This document shows, piece by piece, positions 8,730-18,887 of a stretch of DNA of 20,000 nt. The stretch covers positions 109,476 through 129,475 of IMG/VR virus record IMGVR_UViG_3300005460_000001, one strand, 5' to 3'. This DNA is from an uncultured virus (IMG/VR IMGVR_UViG_3300005460_000001). Lineage: Duplodnaviria > Heunggongvirae > Uroviricota > Caudoviricetes. The notes beneath the pieces are model-generated. The model worked only from the letters and a program-made list of their open reading frames with translations, was not told the DNA's origin and searched no databases. A program made the translations under genes and the position numbers. Every line of letters begins with the position of its first letter. The stretch's first letter is position 1.

Positions 8730-9851
8730 CTAAATAGATTTTAAAAATAATAATGGAACTGTAATGGTAAAATTCTTAGCTTCTGCATTTCCTCTATTGG
8801 AGAAACTAGTTCTAATGCCAATAGTATTTTCATTAGGATGACTAATAAATATATTATATACATGTATTTGGTCATGATCGACCGTAGGGGGTAAATAGGA
8901 CAGATAATAGTACCCAGCAGGAATGGTTATAGTGTTATCTGCAGTATTGATCATACCACCAGGCAAGCTGGGAACTATATTATGAGAAGAAATTATAATA
9001 GCAAAGTCTTGAAAACTGCTCTTGAATACCAATTCGTTTTTTGTCCACGTTCCATTTCTGATTGTATAAAATTGAGGGATTGAGAAATCATCATTTGGAT
9101 GTGAAAAACACAACGCATACCCGTATAATTTGTTATGATATGAGAAACAAGTCCACACCACATCACTAGTACCAAAATGAGTGAGAATAACCCTATATCC
9201 TCCTGCTGCAGGGACATTCTCAAACGCTTCATTCCAATATTTCTGCAAAACTTCTATGTGTGAACTGCATTCTCTATCTATATATTTCTTCAATTTGAAA
9301 TCGAAATTACTGGGGTTTAATGCTAATTGTAATTCAGTAATGTCTTCCTTATCAATATTCCATTCACTCCACGTTTGCCCCGAGTTTCCAGTAGATACAA
9401 TCCCAACTTTTCCAGATAGATAACTGTATAAAACAATATCACCGATTTCATTTGTTCTTTTAAGTATCATTCCTGTAGCGTATTTCCATTCCGGTGCACC
9501 ACTTGGTAATTCTTGATATGGAGTACTTTCGTTTGTACTAATTGGTGTGATGCCGAATTGTGCATTTGTGAATAATGTAGTTTTTGTCTCGTCTGGTCCA
9601 AATTGAACCATTTTAAGATTCTTTAATAAATCTTTTGATATATCTGAACTACTGATTTTTCCAGTATTATTTGTCTGTAAAATAGAATTCGGTTTCAAAT
9701 CCGAATTTAGAATAGTATTTTCTAAAGTAGCATATAGTTTAGATAGTTTGCCAAGTGCAACACTCATAGAATCTCCAGATTCAACGTTTGCTAATTGAGT
9801 TGCTTGCTCGAATGTAATAGAATCTTTTATGTCAATATTTCCCAGATGCAT
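8730..9851 (-). CDS. Tail fibre-like receptor-binding protein
   Basis: 373 aa. ITFEQATQLANVESGDSMSVALGKLSK shaft motif and knob-like segments ending GQTWSEW and NGTWTK. Starts with an MHLGNI leader. Confidence 0.65.
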   Translation of the reverse strand: MHLGNIDIKDSITFEQATQLANVESGDSMSVALGKLSKLYATLENTILNSDLKPNSILQTNNTGKISSSDISKDLLKNLKMVQFGPDETKTTLFTNAQFGITPISTNESTPYQELPSGAPEWKYATGMILKRTNEIGDIVLYSYLSGKVGIVSTGNSGQTWSEWNIDKEDITELQLALNPSNFDFKLKKYIDRECSSHIEVLQKYWNEAFENVPAAGGYRVILTHFGTSDVVWTCFSYHNKLYGYALCFSHPNDDFSIPQFYTIRNGTWTKNELVFKSSFQDFAIIISSHNIVPSLPGGMINTADNTITIPAGYYYLSYLPPTVDHDQIHVYNIFISHPNENTIGIRTSFSNRGNAEAKNFTITVPLLFLKSI

Positions 9852-9875
9852 ATTTAATTCCTCCTTTATCTATTA

Positions 9876-10335
9876 TTATACGCCTCCGGCGGTTAAATGC
9901 CCAAAACTATTTATTTTTATTTTGTATGAAGCACCTCTTGGCCATTCAAATCTTTCAGATAAAAATCGTATATCCGATTGTTGAACTCTAAATGATATAT
10001 TGAATTTGTCTGCGTACGAATCAATAAATGGAATATTATCAACGGAATATTCATAAGTACCAATCTTTCTAAAAAGATTAATACCACTATAAATAGTTTT
10101 CCACGTTGGCTCTTCGTTGCCGCCATAATCAATATATTCAATATCAGAATCTATATATAACCCATAAAGCAACTGATCATTATCTAAAAGTAACTTCTTA
10201 TATGTATTACCGGTTGATATAGATAAAGTTGCAACTTGGGTTGCGTTTATCTCAATTTCTTTACTAATAATTACTTCATGAAAGATAATTGGTTTGTTTT
10301 TATCTGGGGGAGGGGGTGATTATTCCTTTACTCAT
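9876..10335 (-). CDS. Frameshifted (phase-OFF) small protein, about 152 aa if the C5TC5 tract loses one base
   Basis: SD AAGAGGT, ATG 10335, MSKGIITPSPR*. The body frame PDKNKPIIFHEVIISKE...QLLYGLYID is open from the tract to stop 9876. Confidence 0.75.
10306..10316 (-). repeat. Interrupted poly-C tract (sense C5TC5)
   Basis: GGGGGAGGGGG on the + strand. Confidence 0.95.
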
Positions 10336-10354
10336 AATCTTGTACCTCTTTATA

Positions 10355-10800
10355 CTATTTTTTATATCCTATTACTTTACATACTCTCCATGCACTAGTA
10401 TCGTATTTAGTTATTGTAAACGTTCCATCGGATTTGAACAATACTCGCGAGACAGATAGCGCACCGCGCGCTAAAGTATCGTTTGACCCCACGATTGTTA
10501 ACTCAACAGTAAATAAATCTATAGCACAATTGTCTGTTCCGTTGTTTAAAATTACAGAATCAATTCCGGAAGCTATACATTTGTTTGGTTTTTTAACGTT
10601 CAAGCCCGGAACACACTGAAGTTTATAACCGACAGTTGCGGTGCTGTTGTATAAATATAATACTATTGATTCAAAATTATTTATATTATCATTAAGTTTT
10701 ATTTGACTAGTTAAGCCTAACCCATTATCAAAATCCGACTCAAATAAAACTACCCCCCCCCGTTCGATAATTCGGTAGACATATTTCCTAAATTGCTCAT
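10355..10800 (-). CDS. Frameshifted (phase-OFF) small protein, about 148 aa if G9 becomes G10
   Basis: SD AAAGGAG, ATG 10800, MSNLGNMSTELSNGGG*. The body frame VVLFESDFDNGLGLTSQIKLNDNINNFESIVLYLY...KVIGYKK is open from the tract. Confidence 0.8.
10753..10761 (-). repeat. G9 tract (sense)
   Basis: C9 on the + strand. Confidence 0.95.
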
Positions 10801-10817
10801 TTTATTTTCTCCTTTCT

Positions 10818-12395
10818 TTATATACCTCTTTTGGGTACACCATTTATTCCAATCCACGTAACAGCTCTTTTTGGCTCTCCGTCGATACTAATAAAGCACT
10901 GTCCTCGCTTCTGAACTTTGTTGACGCCTATATGTGCCGTTTTTGCTATTCCGGTTAATACAAGATCATGGCCATTGCTTGTATCATCCCAATCTTTCCA
11001 TTCTCCATGTGTAGTAAGGCAAAAATCCATCGTTACCTTATTGGTATCAGTGTAGCATCTATATATACTGTCGAGCTCCGCTTGTGTTGGTCTCCATGTA
11101 TAACTTACATTCTCTGCTGTTCTTTGTATATTGTCATAAGAGAATGTTGCACTTCTGCTTTCTTTACCAGTAACTGTTATTTTAAGCTTTAATGGATATG
11201 ATGATTTACAAGTAAATGCAAGAGTTATTTCACATCCAAATGGTTGCATAGTTACAGGTTTAATACGTGATCTATCTAACGTAGTTCCAGATGCACTTAC
11301 AGTAGACGATGTTAAATAATCTAAAGCAGCAGTAGATATACCATAAAATCTTATAGTATGCTCGGTATTTGGATTAAACCATTTTGCAGTAAAGGTTCCC
11401 AACTTCCCACTAACTCCAGAAATTTCTGTAAAGCTTCCGTCATCTATACTAAAGAATGCCTTTGCTAAATCTTTATTGGAATTCCATGTAAAAGTTATTT
11501 GTTCCAAATTGATAGAAGATACCCTCAACGCTACAACAGGAGGAGCATTTCTCGTTCTCACATTTATGGTCAAGATATTACTATTTCCAGCTTCATTTTG
11601 TCCCTGTATCTCCACTTTATAAGATGTACCTGCTGTTAACCCCGTAATGGTACAACTATACATCGTACTTATTTCTACCCAACGGCCACCATTAAGCCTA
11701 TACCACATTCGGGTAGGCGGATCTCCACTGGACAATTTCCAACTTAAACTGATAGAATTAATAGATTTTGAAACTCCGGATTTAACTTGGTTATCGGATG
11801 GGTTGGTATAAGGATTACTATTAGCTATGCTTCCTAAAACTGGAGGCTGTATTAATGGAATATTATTAGTTGGGATTTCGAGCACCGGGTCGCTGGAATC
11901 TGGAATGAACCCAGTCACATAACCGTTATGAGATACATATTTAAGACTTCCTGTCACGCCCCCAATTGGAGGATCAACCGAAATATTGGTAAAGGTTATT
12001 TTACCAACCTTTCCAGTATGCATAGCCTGTGATTGTATCTTTTCGTTCCATGGCCCGTCTAAGTCATATATCCCTCCCCCAGGCTTGTAGTATCCTTCTA
12101 CTGATATATTGAAAACTATGCTATGTGTTTGTTTAGTAATAGTACCATTAGCATTTTTTATTTCCTCTATATATGATACTGTCATCGGGATATTATCGGC
12201 ATTCCACTGATACGGAGTACCTCCGGAACCAGCAGCTGCACTGGCATTTGATCTTGCATTAATTTTTAGTACATAATGTGTTCTGTCGCTACTTGGACTT
12301 ACAGAAAGTTTAATTTCAAACCATACCCATGTTACTTTAGATCCGCAATGTGTACACCTACCATATAAATTTAGATAACGAACCTCTTCAGCCAT
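10818..12395 (-). CDS. Fibronectin type III domain-containing virion protein
   Basis: 525 aa. SISLSW...YRLNGG.W...TITGLTAGTSYKVEIQGQNEAGNS is an FN3 pattern, and a second degenerate copy follows. Confidence 0.75.
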   Translation of the reverse strand: MAEEVRYLNLYGRCTHCGSKVTWVWFEIKLSVSPSSDRTHYVLKINARSNASAAAGSGGTPYQWNADNIPMTVSYIEEIKNANGTITKQTHSIVFNISVEGYYKPGGGIYDLDGPWNEKIQSQAMHTGKVGKITFTNISVDPPIGGVTGSLKYVSHNGYVTGFIPDSSDPVLEIPTNNIPLIQPPVLGSIANSNPYTNPSDNQVKSGVSKSINSISLSWKLSSGDPPTRMWYRLNGGRWVEISTMYSCTITGLTAGTSYKVEIQGQNEAGNSNILTINVRTRNAPPVVALRVSSINLEQITFTWNSNKDLAKAFFSIDDGSFTEISGVSGKLGTFTAKWFNPNTEHTIRFYGISTAALDYLTSSTVSASGTTLDRSRIKPVTMQPFGCEITLAFTCKSSYPLKLKITVTGKESRSATFSYDNIQRTAENVSYTWRPTQAELDSIYRCYTDTNKVTMDFCLTTHGEWKDWDDTSNGHDLVLTGIAKTAHIGVNKVQKRGQCFISIDGEPKRAVTWIGINGVPKRGI

Positions 12396-12409
12396 CTAAA
12401 TCACCACCC

Positions 12410-12835
12410 CTAATCAAACCACTGGATGTATAATCTACCGGTATTCAATGAGGTTGGGATTTCTTTACCGTAGCTTATCCAGTTTCTAATCATATTTTCC
12501 AATTCCACTTTAGTGGTGTTTATAAGGTTTCGTAAATCACTTATATCTTCATTAACTTCAGCACGAAGATTAAAAATATCTTGATTAAGATTTTGAATTT
12601 GCCTTCTTATACTATCTAGCAAATTATCTATATCAGTAATACTATAATAATCGCTACTAATTGAAGTTTTTATTTGTTTAAAAGATACAGCTCTTGTCAA
12701 GCTATCTGTTGTGGATATCGCAAATAAGTCTGTATCTCTTAAGGTTTGAACTTTAACCAGCTCATAAATTAACTTACCATCATATACTACTTGTGATGGA
12801 GTTTGACCTGTAGATAAATTTCTTACATCAGGCAT
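12410..12835 (-). CDS. Small coiled-coil tail fibre/adaptor protein
   Basis: 141 aa. Shared N-terminal module, heptad-like stretch, ends TGRLYIQWFD. Confidence 0.6.
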   Translation of the reverse strand: MPDVRNLSTGQTPSQVVYDGKLIYELVKVQTLRDTDLFAISTTDSLTRAVSFKQIKTSISSDYYSITDIDNLLDSIRRQIQNLNQDIFNLRAEVNEDISDLRNLINTTKVELENMIRNWISYGKEIPTSLNTGRLYIQWFD

Positions 12836-12850
12836 TTATAATATCCTCCT

Positions 12851-14464
12851 TTACGAAATTTGTTGCCATACACCACTTCTGCGTTGTAACAATACATACT
12901 TATGCGGAGATAGTGTAACTGTAGCACTTTCCAACTCCATATTATGCTGCGCATTTATCAGAGATCTATTAGAAGAAGACCTGACAGCAATAATTTGGCC
13001 ATCGATTCCTCCGTCTATTCCAGTTACATTAATCGTTGTATCTAAACATTGATTTTTCTTATCTTTAGTAAGATTGATTCTAGACGTGCTATTAGTTCTC
13101 TCTGTATACATAAGAGGGCTGTTAGAATCATATAACCTACCAGTTGCGTCTCCAGCTACTGTAAACAGATTAGCAGCGATATTCTCATCCCATAACACGT
13201 TAGAATATACTTCGCCAGCAAGGTCCCCGAACAAAGACGCAGATGCAATAGAAGAACCAAAAAGATTTCTTATTGTTCCGGATAATGTAACTACTCCGGT
13301 AGTAGAAGCCAAATCAATTGTTCTCTTACCAAATAAGAATAGATTCTCAACAAATGCTCTAACTTGAGAAGTCTGAGCACCAATATACAATGCATTATAT
13401 AATCTATTCGCATCAGTTGTTCTCACACCAGTGTAATCACGAATAGATATCAATTCCATATTACACAGTATATATGCAAGTATATAATTATTTGCAGAAG
13501 ATGCTGTTCTCTCTACTCTAACTTTATCAATCGAACACACATGAGCTTTGCCAGATGTATGACACTTATATCCATAAATGCCGTATCTTACATCAACAAC
13601 AGTAATGTCACGAATAGATACATCATTATTGTATTCACACCCCGCCGGAGTATCAGAATCTTTACTCACAGAATCTAGTACAATTCCATATTGAGTTATA
13701 TTCTTCTCTCCGTACATAGACAGATTGGTAAATACCACTCTAGAGCATTTAACTGTTATAGCTCTTGTCCTAATAGTATTAAACTTTATTCTATCTAGTA
13801 CCACATCATTGCAGTTCAATATACTAATAGCAGTAGGATCAGCACCGATAGCATTAATAACAAAATTGCAAATCTTTAAGTAATTATTAGCCACACCAGA
13901 TTTGCCAATTACAAATGCCTCACAATACTTAGGAGTAATAGTACATCCATAACCATCAATATGGGTAGTACCAGCTTCTGTGACTGATAAGGCTTTCCTC
14001 ACCACATAATTGCAATCAGGATTGAACTGCACTCTCTTTCCAGAATCTATTGCAGCTTGAATAGCAGCAGAATCATCATGAGAGCCGTCTCCATATGCAC
14101 CGAATTGATGCACATTTACTGTATCATCTAAAAATATCACCGCTCTTAAAGTATCAGAATAAGATAAATAATGCACATATCTTTTATCTTCAACAACTCC
14201 AGGGTTGTATTCAATATGATATACTGAACCCCCTCCGTCTCCGGGTTCATAATATCCTAAGGTAGTGCATATATCACCCTCTACCAGTTGGTTATCAGAA
14301 GTTTTCATGTCCTCAACGCTGTCAAAGTACAGAGACTTTGCTGCTAAAGAACGAAGATTCTTTGCTTTTACTTTTCTTGTACCATCATCTGTCTCCGTTA
14401 TGACATAATGATTACTATCAACCGTATCTCTCTCAGTCAATTCTATAATTTTTACTTCTTCCAC
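12851..14464 (-). CDS. Tailspike / polysaccharide depolymerase with pectate-lyase-like beta-helix
   Basis: TLGYYEPGDGGG and NVHQFGAYGDGSHDDSAAIQAAID (Pectate_lyase_3-type N-terminus) followed by beta-helix-like repeats. Start probably GTG 14464 after SD AAAGGAGG. Confidence 0.8.
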   Translation of the reverse strand: MEEVKIIELTERDTVDSNHYVITETDDGTRKVKAKNLRSLAAKSLYFDSVEDMKTSDNQLVEGDICTTLGYYEPGDGGGSVYHIEYNPGVVEDKRYVHYLSYSDTLRAVIFLDDTVNVHQFGAYGDGSHDDSAAIQAAIDSGKRVQFNPDCNYVVRKALSVTEAGTTHIDGYGCTITPKYCEAFVIGKSGVANNYLKICNFVINAIGADPTAISILNCNDVVLDRIKFNTIRTRAITVKCSRVVFTNLSMYGEKNITQYGIVLDSVSKDSDTPAGCEYNNDVSIRDITVVDVRYGIYGYKCHTSGKAHVCSIDKVRVERTASSANNYILAYILCNMELISIRDYTGVRTTDANRLYNALYIGAQTSQVRAFVENLFLFGKRTIDLASTTGVVTLSGTIRNLFGSSIASASLFGDLAGEVYSNVLWDENIAANLFTVAGDATGRLYDSNSPLMYTERTNSTSRINLTKDKKNQCLDTTINVTGIDGGIDGQIIAVRSSSNRSLINAQHNMELESATVTLSPHKYVLLQRRSGVWQQIS

Positions 14465-14481
14465 AGTATTGCCTCCTTTCT

Positions 14482-16320
14482 TTAACAATAGAAATCTAAT
14501 GCTTTGAATATTTTATCAGCAATTAAATCATGACCAGTATCATTCAAATACAGCCTATCCTTAAGATAAACAGTAAAATTCATCTTATTAATCATAGAAG
14601 TAGAATGTAGATCCAAACATGGGATATGATTATATTCAGATATTTCAATCATAGCCTTACTAAAGTCCTTTAAAGTTCTTCCACCAACTAATGTATCATC
14701 GCTGTTGCGAATGTCATCAGCATTTAACCTAGCACGAAACAGAGGAGTCACTAATAAAATCTTTATGTCTGGCTTTTTCTCTAATAACTTCTTTATGCAA
14801 AGATTAATAGAACCTTTAAAAGACCTATCATTATTAGAATCATTATCTCCTATTACGGATAAAACTGTTCTATAATCATTAGAACCAGCCCACAAGATTG
14901 CGATGTCAGCATCGTCAACCCTTGCTGTTTCTATCTGTTGAATCACTGACCGCTCCGCTAATACTTCATCCTCATAATGACCAAATGTTGCATCTCCTAA
15001 GGCATGGTTATTTATATAAACTCCATATCTGGATGATAGCAATGCTGGCCATGATTTAGAGGGTATATCTGTACTACCAAGACCAAAACATACTCCATCT
15101 CCGAAAAGATGAACCCTCTTACCTTCTAATCTAGACAATTTTGTAGATGAAACATTATACCATTCTGTATGGACTCTCTGACGAGAAGAATTATAATATG
15201 CATTGCATATAAATATCTCACACCTATCTAATGTAATAGATTTAGCTTGATATTCTATTCTTTCTCCGTAATTTCTTACAGATACGGTAAAATCGTATTG
15301 ATCATTCGGAAGATTCTTTGTTCCTCTTTTTACGTGATAGTCATTATCAATAACTAAATCAAATACATCAGTTATTTCCGGCTCCCCGGCATTTAGGAAA
15401 GCATCATTAATCATTTCTCTGGTGATTCTGAAACTTTCTGTTATAGGATACACTTTACCGAATTTTGTAACTGCTATTCTGCTTAATAAGCATTTCCTTT
15501 CAAAATAGGGTCTTGTATCCTCTCCCTTATCATCCACATAATAAATCCTTTGGATTATATTATTATTTGGGCCAAAGTTAAGAACTTCAAGTAATCTCGG
15601 TTCCGGCTCATCGTCATCTTCTACAGTTGGTAATCCTTCTACTGTTGCTCCTAACAAATAGAGACCATCATCTACGAAAAGATTAATATTTCCCTCGGGA
15701 AAATGCCCACGGAATCTATATTGTCTGGAAAGTTTTGATGCGTTGATTGCCTTTGGAGCTATATCCTCTTGATTCCATCCTCCCTCTGGTACTGTAGCTA
15801 TATCTATTGGTGTTGTTCCTACCATCATAGATATTACTTTATAGGAAAGATTCTCAGGTTGAATCTTGTCTTCATCTGAACCAGTAGCAATATCAGCCCC
15901 AGTAATAGGAATCTGTATATCCCTTTTCGCATCTAATGCTTCCTTAATATTATTAGTTTCAGATAGGTCAGGAACGGTCTTTGCAAACTCATTGAGCATT
16001 TCTCTAACCTGTTCCGTATTACTGTAATTCTCTTTTATGCTTTTGATTTCCCCGGATAATTGTCCAAAATCTCTCTCCAATACGTTTTCATATTCTTGGA
16101 GAAGAGAATTAATATGAAAAGATGAAAATAACTTATGCTCGGACGGGTTATCTTTATCTGTTATCAAAGCATCCCTAAACTCTCGGAAAGTTATACGCTT
16201 AGTATTCTCTTCATCCTGAAACAACAGTATATCAGAATCTTCAAGGTGAGACTCATGCAAAAGATCTGTTATAGCCAAAAGATTAAGTTGGTCTTTGTCT
16301 AACGTAGTTCCAATCGCCAT
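14482..16320 (-). CDS. Tail-associated protein with C-terminal SGNH/GDSL fold and degenerate catalytic residues
   Basis: Blocks LFGDGV, NHALGD, AGSND and DRLYLNDTGH. Start ATG 16320 after SD AAAGGAG. Confidence 0.75.
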   Translation of the reverse strand: MAIGTTLDKDQLNLLAITDLLHESHLEDSDILLFQDEENTKRITFREFRDALITDKDNPSEHKLFSSFHINSLLQEYENVLERDFGQLSGEIKSIKENYSNTEQVREMLNEFAKTVPDLSETNNIKEALDAKRDIQIPITGADIATGSDEDKIQPENLSYKVISMMVGTTPIDIATVPEGGWNQEDIAPKAINASKLSRQYRFRGHFPEGNINLFVDDGLYLLGATVEGLPTVEDDDEPEPRLLEVLNFGPNNNIIQRIYYVDDKGEDTRPYFERKCLLSRIAVTKFGKVYPITESFRITREMINDAFLNAGEPEITDVFDLVIDNDYHVKRGTKNLPNDQYDFTVSVRNYGERIEYQAKSITLDRCEIFICNAYYNSSRQRVHTEWYNVSSTKLSRLEGKRVHLFGDGVCFGLGSTDIPSKSWPALLSSRYGVYINNHALGDATFGHYEDEVLAERSVIQQIETARVDDADIAILWAGSNDYRTVLSVIGDNDSNNDRSFKGSINLCIKKLLEKKPDIKILLVTPLFRARLNADDIRNSDDTLVGGRTLKDFSKAMIEISEYNHIPCLDLHSTSMINKMNFTVYLKDRLYLNDTGHDLIADKIFKALDFYC

Positions 16321-16349
16321 TATACGTAAACTCCTTTCTATCACTAAAT

Positions 16350-16361
16350 TAATATGATGTT
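16350..16361 (-). promoter_or_regulatory. Putative phage late promoter AACA-N6-TA
   Basis: AACA-TCATAT-TA, 30 nt before ATG 16320. Identical to the 8662 copy. Confidence 0.65.
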
Positions 16362-16380
16362 TAGGGATGCTAATTTTAAG

Positions 16381-16804
16381 CTAATTATATCTCAAACCAA
16401 CAAAACAGATTACACTAATATCAGCATAGGTTCCATCAGTTAATAATAAGAAGGATCGTTTTGATAAACTCCATTTTTTACCAGTCGTGTCGTTATTACT
16501 ATCTTCCATGCTGAATACTATTGGATTATCAATTCCGCCATTATTTACACTCTCTAGCAATCCAAACATAACAAATTGTTTAAGCATCGGATTATAACCG
16601 TTAACCACCGATGATATTATTTGTGGATATGAACTGTAATCGTTTATATTAATCCCAATAGCGTCATAATCAAATATTGAGTTGTAAAACTCAACTTCAA
16701 TAGTTCTAGATTCTAGCTCAATATAATCCGTTAACATGACCATAGTAACATTGTCAGATATTTTAGTTTTTATCTGGGGGGGGGGTGATTATTCCTCTAC
16801 TCAT
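16381..16804 (-). CDS. Frameshifted (phase-OFF) small protein, about 140 aa if C10 becomes C9 (141 aa at C12)
   Basis: SD AAGGAG, ATG 16804, MSRGIITPPPDKN*. The body frame QIKTKISDNVTMVMLTDY... is open from the tract. Confidence 0.8.
16776..16785 (-). repeat. C10 tract (sense)
   Basis: G10 on the + strand. Confidence 0.95.
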
Positions 16805-16828
16805 TTTATTTTCTCCTTATTTTATAAT

Positions 16829-17273
16829 TTAAAATAATGGTATAAATTCTATATTTAGTTTCATTGCATTAACAGTAATACCTTGGGTATAAATTGGATC
16901 AACCTCAACGCTAATATTAGCAAATGCTCCACGTAATGAGCTAGTTATTGTAAAAATACCGGCAACCCTAGTATATTGCGTTCCGGCACCGTTATTAAAA
17001 TCTCCATTAATACTCAAAGGATCATTCACAAAATCTATATTTAATTTTTTATAATAAACACCTATAGATTCATACTCTGTTGAAGAGTCTATTTTGGCAA
17101 AAAATTCAATTTTTATAAGATATTCTCCGATGGTATTTGTACCCATCGGGAATTCATTAGTGAAAATACCTGAACTTTTTGTTAGTAATAATTCTTTAAC
17201 TTGTTTAGCGGACCCAAGAAATACCCCCCCTCATGTTAGAGATATTGGTGTTAATGCTTCCTAAATGTGACAT
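16829..17273 (-). CDS. Frameshifted (phase-OFF) small protein, about 147 aa if G7 becomes G6 (148 aa at G9)
   Basis: SD AAGGAGG, ATG 17273, MSHLGSINTNISNMRGGISWVR*. The body frame VFLGSAKQVKELLLTKSSGIFTNEFPMGTN... is open from the tract. Confidence 0.8.
17224..17230 (-). repeat. G7 tract (sense)
   Basis: C7 on the + strand. Confidence 0.9.
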
Positions 17274-17285
17274 ATATTTTCCTCC

Positions 17286-17618
17286 TTAATAAATCTTAAT
17301 TTCTAAATTGAACAGTACCCCAAGAGGAGCACCAACTGTTCCACATAAAACATAAGTGTCAGAGTTCACATCATATACTATAAATAATTTTATATCTGCT
17401 CCGCATACGTCTTCCGTAATTTCAGTTCCAAAATTAGTACAAATTTCATCAGCTTCAAAACTACAAGATTCTGTATATTTGCTATCGTATTTATCGGAAG
17501 AACACGTTATATCTATTTTAAATATCTTATTGTGCTCAAGCTTGAATTCGTTCCTTATAGCATATAAGTTATTAGATCCTATGACTGTATGGGCTGCAGC
17601 GTAAATGTAATCTTTCAT
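17286..17618 (-). CDS. Hypothetical protein
   Basis: 110-aa ORF with SD AAGGAGG. Confidence 0.75.
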   Translation of the reverse strand: MKDYIYAAAHTVIGSNNLYAIRNEFKLEHNKIFKIDITCSSDKYDSKYTESCSFEADEICTNFGTEITEDVCGADIKLFIVYDVNSDTYVLCGTVGAPLGVLFNLEIKIY

Positions 17619-17639
17619 AAATTATCCTCCTTAAAAATA

Positions 17640-17671
17640 ATACCCTAAGGGTTTATAAACCCTTAGGGTAT
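17640..17671 (-). terminator. Perfect 32-bp palindrome, likely terminator after the endolysin
   Basis: ATACCCTAAGGGTTTA|TAAACCCTTAGGGTAT followed by TATTTT on the minus strand. Confidence 0.7.
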
Positions 17672-17684
17672 AAATTTGTTAATA

Positions 17685-18863
17685 TTAGTATTTAAGTTTC
17701 TGCCCAGGATAAATAAGGTTTGGATTCTTAATCCCATTCTTCTTCACAAGGGAATCTACGGATGTACCAAGTCTCTTGGCAATAGTAGAAAGATTATCCC
17801 CGCTCTTAACCGTATATACTTTAGAAGCAGCGGGCTTTGTGACAGACGCAGAAGAACCAGTTCCCGAAATCGTAAGAACCTGTCCAGGATAAATGAGATT
17901 TGGGTTAGCAATACCATTCAATTTAACTAACACATCTACCGTTGTACCATATTTAGATGCAATACTTGACAAATTGTCTCCGCCTCGCACTGTATAGGTC
18001 TTATTGGCAGATCCCCCAGAAGCAGCCGAACCATTTCCAGCGATCTTAAGAACCGCACCAACATGTATAAGATCTGGGTTAGCAATACCATTAAGCTGGA
18101 CCAAAGCGGCAACCGTTGTGCCATACTTAGCGGCAATTCCAGAAAGCGTATCCCCGCTTTGTACTGTATAAGTCATAGACGGGTTTGGCGTAGGGGCTGG
18201 TTGAGGCTTTGGAGCTGGGGTTGGAATCTGAGAATCTCCCTTTCCGCCAGCATAAGCGTCCCATGCCTTAGCATCTCCATAGAATACGTTGATATCAAGA
18301 TCTCCATTATACCCACTTAATCTACCCTCAGAAGAATACTGATAGATAGCAGCTCCCGGCCATTTCCCAGTGCCTCCACGAAGCGGAGCATCTGGCTTAT
18401 AACCATAGAACTTTGTTCCATAAGCATAATAACCAGCATTCCAGAGACCATAATCTGCAGCTACTACTGCCGACCAATCATACTGATGCACAACAGAGTT
18501 GCTCATATAGATCAACGGCTTAACCCCAGTTAAGGAATATACCCGATCCATCCACTGCTTTGCCCATGCCGGTCCTCTTGACACCGCTTTGGCTTCGAAG
18601 TCAAGAACAAGAATTGCTTTCTTAATGTATCCTTTGATATTCTTTACAAAGAAATCAGCTTCCGCATTAGCATCTAATCCACTTGCGAAATGGTATACAC
18701 CTAGTTTTTTACCTGCTCCCGCTGCCTGTTGGAATGCTCTATCGCAATCCGGAGATACATAACTTGTACCCTCTGTTGCTTTCACGATAACGAAATCACA
18801 TGGAACCTTAGTTAGATCAATTCCTCTTTGCCAATTAGAAATGTCAATTCCATTCATACTCAT
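17685..18863 (-). CDS. Endolysin: GH25 muramidase, Pro-rich linker and three LysM domains
   Basis: [29 protein letters not shown] and DLDIN (GH25). Three YTV.SGD.LS.IA...NP.LI..G repeats (LysM). Start probably ATG 18863 after SD AAAGGAG. Confidence 0.93.
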   Translation of the reverse strand: MSMNGIDISNWQRGIDLTKVPCDFVIVKATEGTSYVSPDCDRAFQQAAGAGKKLGVYHFASGLDANAEADFFVKNIKGYIKKAILVLDFEAKAVSRGPAWAKQWMDRVYSLTGVKPLIYMSNSVVHQYDWSAVVAADYGLWNAGYYAYGTKFYGYKPDAPLRGGTGKWPGAAIYQYSSEGRLSGYNGDLDINVFYGDAKAWDAYAGGKGDSQIPTPAPKPQPAPTPNPSMTYTVQSGDTLSGIAAKYGTTVAALVQLNGIANPDLIHVGAVLKIAGNGSAASGGSANKTYTVRGGDNLSSIASKYGTTVDVLVKLNGIANPNLIYPGQVLTISGTGSSASVTKPAASKVYTVKSGDNLSTIAKRLGTSVDSLVKKNGIKNPNLIYPGQKLKY

Positions 18864-18887
18864 AATATTTTTCTCCTTTCTTTTTGT

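Noticed and set aside
17700..18180. DNA repeats such as GGGTTAGCAATACCATT as a CRISPR or repeat array
   Set aside because: Explained by the three tandem LysM coding repeats.
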